Source: Alphaproteobacteria bacterium (GTDB lineage Bacteria; Pseudomonadota; Alphaproteobacteria; MPNO01; UBA830). From it: a DNA stretch of 64,000 nt. Each line of letters begins with the position of its first letter. Position 1 is the stretch's first letter. Where the stretch lies: assembly GCA_964291215.2 (NCBI GenBank), contig OZ219791.1:2208001-2272000 (forward strand). Reading direction: 5' to 3'. A model generated the notes under the pieces. That model did not search any database. It was not told where the DNA came from and saw only the letters and a list, made by a program, of their open reading frames with translations. Positions 43,856-56,611 of the stretch are shown piece after piece. The translations under genes and the position numbers were made by a program.

Positions 43856-45373
43856 ATGTTGAAGAGTTTCAGGACCAGAGCCGCGGCCCTCGTCGCGGTC
43901 GGCGCGTCGATGGCCGCTGTTGCGCTGGTCGGCGCGCTTTCGGCGGCGCAGCCGGGCGGCGGCGCGGAAACGCGGGCGGCGGTACAGCCGGTCAGCCTGT
44001 CCGCAGGCAGCGGACGGTTCCCGGCAAGTCTCGCGCCCGTCATCGAGCGCGTGAGCCCGGCGGTGGTCTCAATTCGGGTCACCGGCGCGGGTTCTCAGGC
44101 CGTTTCGTCGGCGTTCGAACTTCCCGAACCCTTCAAGAGGTTCTTCGGCGATGATTTCGCGAGGCGTTTCGGTTTCGAGATGCGCCGCGACGGACGCCAG
44201 CCCCCGCCGGTTCGCTCCAGCATCGGTTCGGGTTTTTTCATCGACGGCGATGGTTACATCGTGACCAACAATCACGTGGTCGAGGATGCGCGCAAGATCG
44301 AGGTGGTGATGACCGATGGCCGGCGTTTCGAAGCCAGGATCGTCGGACGCGATCCGAAGACCGATCTGGCGTTGCTCAAGGTCGACGGCGGCGATGCGTT
44401 TCCGCATGTCGCGTTCGGCCAGTCCTCGAAGGTGAAGGTCGGTGACTGGATCGTCGCGATCGGCAGCCCCTTTGGCCTCGGCAATACCGCGACCACGGGT
44501 ATCGTGTCGGCGCGCGGACGGGACATCGGATCCGGCCCCTATGACGATTTCCTGCAGATCGACGCCCCTATCAATCGCGGCAATTCCGGCGGGCCGTCGT
44601 TCAACCTCGACGGCGAGGTCGTGGGGGTGAACACGGCTATCCTTTCGGTCACGGGTGCTAATGCCGGAATCGGCTTTGCGGTGCCGTCCGATCTGGTTCG
44701 CGAAGTTATCGTGCAACTGAAGTCATCAGGCAAGGTGGCTCGCGGCTGGCTCGGGGTCCAAGTGCAGGAGGTGAACTCGGACCTCGCGGACGGGCTCGGT
44801 CTCGGCGCCCCAAAGGGAGCGCTTGTCTCGCAGGTGATGGACGAGAGCCCGGCAAACCGCGCAGGGCTTCGCCAAGGCGACGTGATCATAGCTGTCGACG
44901 GCGAGCGCATCGAGACGATGCGGGAACTGCCGCGCCTGATCGCCGATCTTCCGGCCAATTCGACGACGAAGCTCGGTGTATTCCGTGACGGGTCCGAGAT
45001 CGCCGTGTCGGTGCGGATCGGTGCGATGCCGGGCACTCCGGAAGCTGGCAAGGCCCTCGCTGACAAGTCTCAGGGCGCCAAATTCGGCATGACGGTCGCC
45101 AGTCTCGACGACGAAACCCGCGGCCGGTTCGGGGTTGCGCCGGCGATCAAGGGAGTTGTCGTGGTCGCGCTCGATCCGAACGGCGTTGCGGCAGGCCGCG
45201 GCCTGCGCCGGGGCGACGTGATCCGCAAGGTTGCCGGCAGCGAGGTCCGCAACCCCGAGGACATCCTTGACGCGGTCGAGAGAGCCGCTGCGGATGGGCG
45301 CAAATCCCTCGTGATGCTCCTCCATCGTAGCGGTTCCGATCGCTATGTGGCGCTGCCACTCGGCAACGCCTGA
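43856..45373 (+). CDS. Do/DegQ-family serine endoprotease with 2 PDZ domains
   Basis: TNNHV, DPKTDLA, GNSGG; signal peptide. Confidence 0.95.
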   Translation: MLKSFRTRAAALVAVGASMAAVALVGALSAAQPGGGAETRAAVQPVSLSAGSGRFPASLAPVIERVSPAVVSIRVTGAGSQAVSSAFELPEPFKRFFGDDFARRFGFEMRRDGRQPPPVRSSIGSGFFIDGDGYIVTNNHVVEDARKIEVVMTDGRRFEARIVGRDPKTDLALLKVDGGDAFPHVAFGQSSKVKVGDWIVAIGSPFGLGNTATTGIVSARGRDIGSGPYDDFLQIDAPINRGNSGGPSFNLDGEVVGVNTAILSVTGANAGIGFAVPSDLVREVIVQLKSSGKVARGWLGVQVQEVNSDLADGLGLGAPKGALVSQVMDESPANRAGLRQGDVIIAVDGERIETMRELPRLIADLPANSTTKLGVFRDGSEIAVSVRIGAMPGTPEAGKALADKSQGAKFGMTVASLDDETRGRFGVAPAIKGVVVVALDPNGVAAGRGLRRGDVIRKVAGSEVRNPEDILDAVERAAADGRKSLVMLLHRSGSDRYVALPLGNA

Positions 45374-45594
45374 CCGCGACGCAGGGGCCGGAGCGATCTC
45401 GCCGTGCACCCCATTGCGGCGAGGCTCCGGGCCCGGTGGCGCTGCCGCTGGGGTCCGGAATCAAGAAATCCCGCTGCGTTCGATAATCGGGCCGGACAGA
45501 CCTTGAAATCGAACGCAGCGGACATTATTTTCGAGTCGATACCAAATGTCTCTTTCGTGCCCTGTGCGGGGCCGGAAGCGAAAGGACCCAAAAG

Positions 45595-46473
45595 ATGTCA
45601 GGCTCAACCAGAAATTTCCTCTCGACCAACGACAGGCGCTACATTTCGGCAGCAATGAAAGTTCCGCTGCTGGAGCGTGAGGAGGAACAGGAGCTTGCCC
45701 GGCGCTGGCGCGATCACGACGACACCAAGGCTCTTGACAGGATCATTACCGCGCATATCCGCCTGTGTGTGCGCATGGCCTCCCGGTTCAGGGGCTACGG
45801 CCTTCCCGCCAGCGACCTGATCCAGGAAGGCAATGCCGGCCTTCTCGAGGCGGCCAAGCGTTTCGATCCGGATCGCGACGTGCGTTTTTCGACCTACGCG
45901 TCGTGGTGGATCCTTGCGGCGATGCAGGAGTATGTCGTGCGCAACTCCTCGGTTGTTCGTCTCGGCACGACTCCGGCGCAGAAGAGTCTGTTCTTCAATC
46001 TCAGGCGGCTTCGCGCGCAACTGGCCGACAGCGCTGGCAGCAGCCGGATGACCGACGACCAGCGGGAGTTGATCGCTCGCGAACTCGGCGTTCCGGTTGC
46101 GGCCGTCGAGCGGATGGAGGCGCATTTCTCTGTGCCGGACCAGTCACTCAACGCGCCCGTGGGCGACGGTGATGTCCACGAACTGATCGATTTCCTCGCT
46201 GACGACGGCGAGACCCCGGATACGGAAACCGAGGATCTCATCGACGGCGAGACCCGGATGCGGTGGGTGCGCGAGGCGATGGAGCACTTGACGCCGCGCG
46301 AACGCGAAGTCATCAACCGGCGGTTCCTCGTAGACGAGAAGATCACCCTTGCTGAAATTGGCGCCGACTTCGGTGTTACCAAGGAGCGGGTGCGCCAGAT
46401 CGAGGACAAGGCGCTGTCGAAGCTTCGCGCGCATCTGCGCCAGCATGATGACAGGGAGTTCCTACCGAACTGA
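45595..46473 (+). CDS. rpoH: RNA polymerase sigma-32 family factor (RpoH2-like)
   Basis: DLIQEG, RFSTYASWWI, RpoH box QKSLFFNLRR, ERVRQIE. Confidence 0.9.
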   Translation: MSGSTRNFLSTNDRRYISAAMKVPLLEREEEQELARRWRDHDDTKALDRIITAHIRLCVRMASRFRGYGLPASDLIQEGNAGLLEAAKRFDPDRDVRFSTYASWWILAAMQEYVVRNSSVVRLGTTPAQKSLFFNLRRLRAQLADSAGSSRMTDDQRELIARELGVPVAAVERMEAHFSVPDQSLNAPVGDGDVHELIDFLADDGETPDTETEDLIDGETRMRWVREAMEHLTPREREVINRRFLVDEKITLAEIGADFGVTKERVRQIEDKALSKLRAHLRQHDDREFLPN

Positions 46474-46595
46474 GCGTACGGTGTCCGGAGTTGTCGGGGC
46501 ATCGCGCCTCCGGGAACATCGGCACGGCAGCAAAGCGGGAACTCGTGGTCTGCACCGGCTGAGAGTTCACGCAAAAACAGTGTCGCGCCACGGAT

Positions 46596-47395
46596 GTAAG
46601 CGTTCGTTCGTGCGGTGAGGTGTTGTTGTTTTCGTCTGTTTGACGGGCTTTTGTCAGGGAGTTCCAGCGTCACCCGGAGCGGTTTCGTGCGCGGCCGGGC
46701 GGGATGCGCGGTGAGGGGCACTGGCGCCATGCCGTGTTTTCCGCATTGGTTGCGGTTTTGTCCCGGCGCTGCGGAGGAGGAGCTGAGCGCCATTCCGTGC
46801 CGGTTGCAGGGTTCAGCGATTGAGGGTCCGCTTCCAGTCCTTGCGGAGCGGGCCAGATGTCCTTCTTCGGCTTCTGTCATGTCGGTCGTAGCGGCCGCTG
46901 GTTGTTCCGACGCGGCCGGCAGACGCCGCGGCGCGGGACCTCGACCAGGGTTTCGCAGGGCACGGGCGTGGTGTTGCAGCGCGCGCTCCATGCGGCGGTC
47001 GAGAAGCAGCGGCTCGCCGCATGGACCGTGTAGCGCATCTGCGCGCCGACCAGGCGCGTGTGTCCGAGGCAGTGTCAGCGGGCGACGAACTCGTTCCACA
47101 ACCAGCCTTCCCGGGTGCCCACGATCCGGAAGTCGGCGGGCGGAGCTCGTCGAGGGTCTTCGGGGTGGCGGCTCGGTATCCGACGTGATCAGCTTCGGGG
47201 CCGGCGGGGTCCGGGCTGGCGATGGCCGAACGGGTCCGCTTCGTGATCGTCAGTTCGCGCAGCAGCTGCATCTTCGCGACCATGAAATCGCGTCCATGGT
47301 AGCGGGACTCGACCTCGTCGCTTACGGCGGCGCCGCGAATCTCCGCCGCCTCTCCGGGCTCACGGCAACCAAGGCGACAGCTCGCCGGGCGGCTA
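46596..47395 (-). mobile_element. IS66 right end with DUF4338/DruA-like relic
   Basis: GTAAGCG terminus; RYHGRDF and LWNEFVAR*HCLGHTRLVGAQMRY. Confidence 0.78.
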
Positions 47396-47577
47396 GCCAC
47401 CGTTCATCGTGAAGGTGGATCAGATAATCCTGCACTTCCTGCGCGGAGATCAGATCGGGACTGCGATGGTAGCGGAGTGCGAGCCTCGAAACGAGGATTG
47501 AGGTAGGACTTCCTAGTGTTCTCGGCAAGGCCGCGAACGGTGATGTCGTTCGTCATCTGTTGGCGCAAAGGCGTCAT
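47393..47577 (-). pseudogene. Integrase N-terminal SAM-like fragment (IS91-associated type)
   Basis: MTPLRQQMTNDITVRGLAENTRKSYL...SPDLISAQEVQDYLIHLHDER. Confidence 0.8.
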
Positions 47578-47600
47578 CTGTCGTGTCCATTGAGGCGTGA

Positions 47601-48944
<1,344 letters not shown>

Positions 48945-49107
48945 CAGGTCCGGTCGCGGGTGCCGGCACATGCTGAGCGTCGCGAATGATGCAGGACCGG
49001 GCCGTGCCTGAAATCGGGAACGGCGCAATCGCGTCGGCTGCATCGGCGGCGCGGCAGACCGGACCCGGTTGCCCGAACCGCCGCGCCGCTTCTGGACGGG
49101 CCCGCTG

Positions 49108-51504
49108 ATGCGCCGTCTGCGAAAGATCTTCTTCCGGACCATCGGCGCCTTTGCCCTTCTTGCGGTCGTTGCCGCGGTAGGCGGCTTTCTCTGGCTCCGG
49201 ACTTCTCTTCCGACGCTGTCGGGCGAGATGCGCCTCAACGGCCTCGGTGCCGAGGTCGAGATCATCCATGACGCCAACGGCATTCCGCATATCAGCGCTG
49301 CGTCACGCGATGACGCGTATTTCGCGCTCGGTTTCGTTCATGCGCGGGACCGGCTATTCCAGATGGATTCCATGCGCCTGCTGGGTGCCGGTCGCCTGTC
49401 GGAGGTCATAGGTTCGTTCGGACTTCCGGTTGACAAGGCCATGCGCACGCTTGGCCTTTATCGGCTTGCCGAGGAAACCTATGCCCGGCTGCCGGCCGAT
49501 GCGCGGGGATATGTCGAGGCCTATGCTGCTGGCGTCAACGCCTACCTCGATAGCCGTTCCGGTGCGCTGCCTCCCGAATATGCGCTCCTGCAGTACAGCC
49601 CGGAACTGTGGAAGCCCGCCGATTCGCTTGTCTGGGGCCGCCTCATGGCGCAATGGCTGTCGGGAAACTGGCGCACGGAAGCGCTGCGCGCCGCGTTGTC
49701 GGAGCGATTGTCCGCGGAACAGCTGGCGGATCTGTGGCCAGCGGATGAGGGGGGTGCGGCGCCGACGCTGGCGGTGTCTGAGGATGTCCGGGAGCGTTCA
49801 GCGTCCTTCGCCGCGCTGCAGGGCCGTATTCCGGATGTCCTGCGCCCGGTATCGATTCTGGCCTCCAACGCCTGGGTCCTTTCCGGGGCCGTCACCGAGT
49901 CCGGGAAGCCGCTGCTTGCGAACGACCCGCACCTGGGCTTTCGCGCGCCGGGTCTTTGGTATCTGGCGCGTCTTAGGGCTCCGGGACTCGATGTAAGCGG
50001 AGCTACCACGCCGGGCGTACCATTCCATGTCCTCGGCCATAACGGCCGCATAGCATGGGGTTTGACGAACGGTGGCAGTGATGCCGCCGATCTCTATCTG
50101 GAGCGGGTCAGCGGATCGAAACCCGGCCATTACGACACGCCGGACGGTCCGCGACCGTTCGTTCGGCATACGGAGACCATCAGGGTCCGGGGCGGCGATC
50201 CGGTTGACCATGTCGTACGCGAGACGGTCCGGGGTCCGGTCATATCCGACATCGGCGGCCGTTTCGGAGCTGTCGCGCCGGACGGCCATGTCGTCACGCT
50301 TGCGGCCACCGGCCTTCGCGATGACGATCTCACGCCTCTCGCCCTGATGAAGATCAACCACGCGCACGACTGGCCCGGGTTTCTGGCCGCACTCGAGAAT
50401 TTTCATGCGCCGCAGCAGAACATCGTCTATGCCGACACGGCCGGCAATATCGGATTTGTGGTCGCTGGCCGCGTACCGGTGCGCAGCAGGGGAGACGGCA
50501 GCGCGCCCGTGCCCGGATGGGACGGCGAACATCTCTGGTCCGGGTTCATCCCGTTCGCAGAGCTCCCCCGGGCGCTCAATCCGCCTTCGGGCCGATTCGT
50601 GAACGCCAATCAACGCGGTGTTCCGGACGGTTATCCGTGGTTTGTCGCGCGCGACTGGCCACCCCCCTACCGGGCCGCCCGCATCCAGGATGTCCTCGCC
50701 GACGGACGGCCCCGCACGGTCGCGAGCGAGGGGCGTTTGCAGAACGACACGCAATCCGCTGCCGCCGAATCGCTTGTGCCTGTTCTCCTTGACCATGTCA
50801 GGCCGGACACGGCACGGGGAAGGAGCGCCGTGGAACTCCTGCGCAGTTGGGACATGAACATGACTCGCGCCCAGGCTGCGCCGCTGATCTTCACCGCCTG
50901 GCTGGCTGAAACCAATCGCGGTCTCTATCTCGACGAGCTCGGCGAACACTTCGATAGCTACTGGAGGCTTCGACCGCGCGTCGTGCGGCACATGCTGCGA
51001 ACTCGCCCGCAATGGTGCGACGATGTCCGCACGGCGGCGCGCGAGGACTGCACGCAGGTCGTTACGCAGTCTCTTGAGCGTGCGCTGGAGAGTCTCGAGG
51101 AGAAGTTCGGCCGGGACATGGCGGCCTGGCGCTGGGGCGAAGCGCATCACGCGGTCTTTCGCCATCAGGTTCTGGGCCTTATTCCCGTGCTGCGCCGCTT
51201 CGGCGATATCCGGATCGAGAGCGATGGCGGGGCCTTCACGGTCAATCGCAGCCAGAATCGGATTTCCAACCCGCGCGCGCCCTTTGCCGGCGTTCATGGA
51301 GCAGGCTATCGCGGCATCTATGACCTGTCCGACCTGGGGAACTCGCATTTCATGATTGCGACCGGTCCGTCGGGCAATCCGCTATCCGAAAATTACGCGT
51401 CGATGACACGGGATTGGCGTGACGGCAAGTATGTACGAATTGCGGTCTTGCGCGCCACTGTGCTCGAAGGCGCGACCGGCATTCTGAAGCTGCTGCCTGG
51501 CTGA
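49108..51504 (+). CDS. Penicillin acylase family (Ntn hydrolase)
   Basis: N-terminal TM anchor, GIPHI, ASNAW (Ser nucleophile), LLANDPHL. Confidence 0.93.
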   Translation: MRRLRKIFFRTIGAFALLAVVAAVGGFLWLRTSLPTLSGEMRLNGLGAEVEIIHDANGIPHISAASRDDAYFALGFVHARDRLFQMDSMRLLGAGRLSEVIGSFGLPVDKAMRTLGLYRLAEETYARLPADARGYVEAYAAGVNAYLDSRSGALPPEYALLQYSPELWKPADSLVWGRLMAQWLSGNWRTEALRAALSERLSAEQLADLWPADEGGAAPTLAVSEDVRERSASFAALQGRIPDVLRPVSILASNAWVLSGAVTESGKPLLANDPHLGFRAPGLWYLARLRAPGLDVSGATTPGVPFHVLGHNGRIAWGLTNGGSDAADLYLERVSGSKPGHYDTPDGPRPFVRHTETIRVRGGDPVDHVVRETVRGPVISDIGGRFGAVAPDGHVVTLAATGLRDDDLTPLALMKINHAHDWPGFLAALENFHAPQQNIVYADTAGNIGFVVAGRVPVRSRGDGSAPVPGWDGEHLWSGFIPFAELPRALNPPSGRFVNANQRGVPDGYPWFVARDWPPPYRAARIQDVLADGRPRTVASEGRLQNDTQSAAAESLVPVLLDHVRPDTARGRSAVELLRSWDMNMTRAQAAPLIFTAWLAETNRGLYLDELGEHFDSYWRLRPRVVRHMLRTRPQWCDDVRTAAREDCTQVVTQSLERALESLEEKFGRDMAAWRWGEAHHAVFRHQVLGLIPVLRRFGDIRIESDGGAFTVNRSQNRISNPRAPFAGVHGAGYRGIYDLSDLGNSHFMIATGPSGNPLSENYASMTRDWRDGKYVRIAVLRATVLEGATGILKLLPG

Positions 51505-51545
51505 CGGCGATCGTGGCGCGGGAGAGCCCGCCCGCCCGCCATGGA

Positions 51546-52025
51546 TCAGGCGAGCTTGGCGTAGTCGCCCTGAAAGTACAAGAGCGGCCGATTTTCGCTC
51601 CTTTCATAGTTCACGTCTGTGACCTTGCCGACGATTATCAGGTGGTCGCCGCCCTCATACATGGCATGTTTGTTGCACTCGAGCGTTGCAAGCGCACCGT
51701 CGAACAACGGACACCCGTTCCTGCTAACGCCGTGCGCGATCCCGTCCCACTTGTTGTCGGCCGACCTCGCAAAATTGTTGGACAGGTTTACCTGCTCTTC
51801 ATTCAGCACATTGACGTTGAAGTGCCGGCAGGCCTCGAAGGCTTCGAAGCTGTTGATCTTGTCTGCCACGCAGAACAGCACAAGCGGCGGGTCAAGAGAC
51901 AGCGACGTGAACGAATTGGCGGTGATGCCGATCTTCTCTGCGTTCCTGTCCAGCGTTGTGATGATCGTTACGCCGGTGGCGAAGCAGCCGAACGCGTTAC
52001 GCAATTCCCGATGGTCAAAAGGCAT
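51546..52025 (-). CDS. Flavin reductase-like protein
   Basis: FATGVTIIT, TANSFTSLSLDPPLV, GGDH. Confidence 0.93.
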   Translation of the reverse strand: MPFDHRELRNAFGCFATGVTIITTLDRNAEKIGITANSFTSLSLDPPLVLFCVADKINSFEAFEACRHFNVNVLNEEQVNLSNNFARSADNKWDGIAHGVSRNGCPLFDGALATLECNKHAMYEGGDHLIIVGKVTDVNYERSENRPLLYFQGDYAKLA

Positions 52026-55000
52026 GGTCTTCCCTGCGGACTCCCGGCGTGGCGCCGACAAGGCAGACCACATCACCGGCGTATCATAGCGGAAGACCCC
52101 CCGATCGGAAACGGAGCTCGCCGAAGGCTGCAGGGGAGTCTCACGCTAAATTCTGTTTGTTTTTTCAAGGCAGCACCTGGGTTTTTTTGGGGCGCGGGTT
52201 GGTGCGAGGAGATTTTTTTTGCAGTTTTCGCTGGCTTTCTTGCACTAGAGTTGTCATTCGGCCGCTTCCCTACCGGGCGTTTCTTGACGGCGGTTACAAT
52301 GATGACGGCGCCGAGGTTTCCGTCGTGCTTCCGGGCGACTTCTACAAGGAGGTCGGGGCCGGCATCTTCCGCGGCGATGACATGCCTTTCGGCGGTTCCG
52401 AAACGGGTCGGGAAGCATGGTCCGCCTATGTGCGGCTGGGCGGCGATGTGATCAGAAATGTGGCCGGGTCTGGCGGCGTGACGGGGCCTTCAAGTGCCGC
52501 GACCAGTGGCTGGAAGCCGGGGCAGCAGTGGCTTGATCTGACAACACGCGACTGCTTGTGGCGCCGGGAACGTTTCCGAACCTTGCCTCCTTCTTTCTTG
52601 CGACGCGGCGGCTGGCCGACGACTGGGCCTGCGGCCACCAGGTGGCGGAGACGTTCTGCGATCCGGCGCGTTTTGCGGGCACAAGGCGGCGGGCTGGCGT
52701 GCCAGGGGATTTGCCCGCGCCAACGGGCGCTGCATCGACCCCCATGGCAGGGAGTTTTTCGTTGTGCCGCTGCGGGCGCGGCGGCTGCTGTCGCGCCCGC
52801 AGGCGCTGCGGTGGCGCCACCTGCCTCCTCGCTCCCCGGGGTTCCGAGGTGATGCGTTCGCTGCACGACGAGCTGGCGACGATCGAGGACTTCCGCCGCG
52901 CGCAGGGCCTTTCAATCTGACACTATTGAGTTCATTGATTTCTGCATATCGTGTTCCCGCATTTTTCTGTGATGCTCGACGAAGTAGAGGAGGAGTTGGT
53001 ATCCCTGCCAGAGTTTCTCGGTTCCCGGCAGGGGTTGGCGCTTTCCGGGGATGAAGCCTGCCAGGCGTGCGACCTCGATGGCGAAGGCTTCGATGGTCGG
53101 TTCGGGATCGGGAGGTCCACGCGGTTGGCGTCGTTTGACGGGCTTGTGGATGTTCAGGACCGTGATCTCGTCGCGGTGAACGATGCGGCTGGCCGGCGTG
53201 CGAGACGCTCGACGGTCATGACGCGGCAGGCGGTGATGGCAGGCCGGACACTTCCTCAGGTCGTCGGCCTGGCCGGTCCTCGATCCGTGTGCCGACCTTC
53301 AGGGCCTTGAAGTATTCTTCAATCAGCCATCGCCTTTCGTAGAAGGAGACGGTGTCGAGGGCAGCGGTGACGTCGCCTTCGGTGGTGAGCAGCATCCAGT
53401 CGAGAGGATCTGCCGGTGGGTCGGGTTCCGTGACGTGTACGGCCATCATGGAGAGCGGCGGCGTTCCCCGGGGCTTCCGGTCCGGTGGCGCAAGGTCGAC
53501 CCTTGCCGTGCGGACTTCGAGGCCCTTGCGCTCCTTGCGGCGACGCGGCCCTCCGCAGGCTGCGATGTCGATCGGCCTGGTCGCGATGCACGGCTCATCG
53601 GCCATGTGGTCCCGAAGGTTCCGGTGCGTGCCCGTTGCGGTGACCACGCGGCGGCATGTCGAGCGCCTGACGCGCACCAGCTCCGGGCCAGCAGGTCCCG
53701 GTTGTCGCCTTCACGGATCACCAGCACTTTTGTCGAGGGACAGGCCAGTTCCACGGCCCTGTCGTACCCGCCGGCTCTCCTTGTCGTCCTCCTTGCCCTT
53801 CTCGTGATCCGGATCGATACGGAAGTCGGCGTCGAGATGGAACAGGCCGAGGGCACAGCCGCCTTCGGTGAAGGCGACCCCGGCATGGGCCGCAATGCCA
53901 AGGGCACCCGAGCCGCCGATGTCGACAAGACCCGCCTCCAGGCCATTGTAATTCAGGAACGTCGTGTCCTGGATGGCAAGGATCCGGCGCTGCGGACGGC
54001 AGCGCTCTATCATCGCTTCCTGATGCCCCTCGAGGATATGGTCCATCGTCACCTTGGGGTTCGACAACAGACGGCAGGCCGCCTTCTGCTCCGCCCCGCC
54101 GGGGAAGATCACCGGCAGGATCTCTCCGGGACGATCGTTCCACGCCCATGGTGACAAGGCGGTCGCGGATGCGCACGTCACCGTGGTTGCTGCGGCCGTA
54201 CTCCCTCATCGCCCGGTTGTCATCGCCAACAAGGGGTGCCGCCTGGCCCATGACACGCTCCCGCCACAACACGTCTTGCCAAGCCAGGGGCTTCATCCAC
54301 ACGGCGCGCTGCACGCCCTGGCCGGTGGCCCCGGGAGGTCGACCCGAGGTCATCTTCTCACAACGCTCCCAGCCTGCCGCCCTGTAGCTCGTGCCGGTGT
54401 ATTCGGGGCTCACATGGGCGCAGGCCAGAACCGGCGTCACTTCTCAGTCCGCAGCAAGCCGCCGGCAGGCCAGGACGTGGGAGGCCAGCTCCGGAACATT
54501 CACCGACGGAAGTATCAGCAAGCGAGCGTTGTTGACGACCTTGCCGAGGTGGACGTCACGCGCTCCCCGGGACCAGAAGTCGTCGCGCGCCTTCTGATGC
54601 CAATTGGCCGCACGGAACACCAGGCCGCCGAGGCGGCCGTAGCGCGACGAGGTGATCCGGTAGCTCATCCGGGCGCCTCGCCCTCGGGATGCTAGGTCGC
54701 CATCATCGCCAGGCGCCTGTCCTCGCCGACCGGCTCCACGGTGACCTCGCCAAGCTCCTCCGGAGAACATGCGAGTGGCTTGTCGGGACAGTCCCGCTCA
54801 AGGGTGTCGAGGCCATGAGGCCCTGGTGCAGGAAGGACGATGCCGAGCGCCGAGGCAAGATCAGGCAGGGCCGCACGCGGCAAGGCACAGCTCGCCCTTC
54901 GCGTTGCGCCAGTCCTCGCGCTCGCACAATCCCTGCGCCAGGGCGTGCTGCCCTCGGCAACCGACGTCACCTTCAGCCAATCAACCGTCGTCGTGGACAG

Positions 55001-55044
55001 ATGTCGAAAGCCAATTCTCATGGGCCACTATATAAGGCCTCATG

Positions 55045-56611
55045 GTATCTACTCACCCCTTGTTGGGTTCTGATTGGCCATAGTGCTCGTTGATGATGTC
55101 TGCGGCTTTTCCGTCGAGGGCGATCTGGGTGGCGACGAGTGGGTTGTAGCCGAGTGCGGCCATGGAGGTGAGGTAGCTCGAGCCCCGGCACCATGCTTTT
55201 GCGTGGAGCGGAAGCACCCGGACACCTTGAGCTTTGCCATCCTGATCTTCTGTTCTCCGGCATTGTTGGTGAAGCTGACGTTGGGGTCGTCCGTGAAGCG
55301 CAGGTTTTCGTGTTTCACGAGACGTTCGTGCAGGTTGTGCGCGTTTGCTATGCGTTTTCCTTTCGGCGGCGGCGGGATGTCGGGCAGTTCCCTGGCGCCC
55401 TGATGGTGCGGTAGCGCTTGCGCCCGGCGTCGTTCAGGGTTTTGGATGCGCTCTTGTTGACCTTGTGGCAGACCTCGCGGAGCAGGCTCTTCATCAGTCG
55501 CGCGGTAGCCTCGACGACAAAGGTCAGTTCGCGCAGCAGGTGGCTGCCGCACAGCTGGTGGCTACACTGGCCCATGTACGAGGCCCAGGACGCCCTTGTA
55601 GCACGGGCCGATCTCTTGCCTCCCGGCCGCGCTTGCGGTGCGGGAACTTGCACGTCAGGGTCCCACGACATGGAGCCACTTACTGTTGATCCGAAATCGT
55701 CGACATCGGGCGTTGCAGGAGGTGCGCCACGGCGGCCTCCTCCCATGACGCATCGTGAAAGCATAGCCGAGGCCTCGGAGAGCTTGATACCGGAGATCGC
55801 CTGCACGAACGCGACGGCACGGCGCAGGGACAGCATTTGGGCAACCAGCAGGTTGATGACGAGGGCCTGGATGCCGATGCCGTACTGCACGGTATGTTGT
55901 CGGGGAACCGGCCCTTGGTCCGGGCCTTGCACTTCGGGCATTCCTCGGCGTCGACGCGGCGCTCCCGATCGACGGGGCCGTCGATGTCAGCGCCGCAGGC
56001 GTCGCAGGCCGCGACCGTCTCCTCGACGATGATCTTGCGCAGGTTGTCGCCCATCTGCCGGTTCGGCTTCGGGCCGTTGCTCCCGGCACGCTCTTGTCCG
56101 TCTGTGACGGCGGCAGACCGGAGTTCCGGCTCGTGCGTGGTCTTCTCCAGAAGGACGACGATGATGATGTCGAGCAGGATGACGAGGACGCGGATGACGG
56201 CCTCTTCCGCCACCTTGCCGGCCGCACGCAGCGCCGCGGTCTTGGCCGCTTCGAACTCCTCACGCGCCGCGTTGATCGTCGCCATCACCCGGCCTCGACG
56301 GTCATGATCGTCGCGAGCATTGCCTGGCGCTCGCCCGGCGGCATCTTCCGGTACTCCGCCGCCCGGCCTTGCGCTTCATCAGCGCGCCGCCTCCGAGATG
56401 CGTTTCCACATACAGATCATGCGGAGGCTGGAGCCCCGGAAGCAGCTGGCACAGCCCGCTCGTCGCTTTCGATCCAAAGTAGCCCACTGGCGGTCCTTGT
56501 CGTTCTCGATTACCACCACTAAACGAATCGGCCTGCAGTGTCAAATCTCCACGAAAACCCGTTCGTTACTCTACCCCGACATCAAGCCGGAACCAGGGGG
56601 TGAGCAGTTAC
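55045..56611 (-). mobile_element. IS66-family element (degenerate) carrying a DNA adenine methyltransferase relic
   Basis: IRs GTATCTACTCACCCC / GTAACTGCTCACCCC; 8-bp TSD GCCTCATG (55037-55044, 56612-56619); HQLCGSHLLREL, FTNNAGEQKIRMAK..VSGCFR. Confidence 0.9.
56302..56490 (-). pseudogene. Dam/D12-class N6-adenine methyltransferase N-terminal fragment
   Basis: YFGSKATSGLCQ..PPHDLYVETHLGGGALMKRK (motif X/I region). Confidence 0.65.

Noticed and set aside
45502-45530. RpoH-type promoter upstream of rpoH
   Set aside because: CTTGAA is present but the -10 match is weak
52260-52460. Gly/Asp-rich stretch resembling RTX repeats
   Set aside because: No clean GGxGxDxLx repeat; too short and degenerate
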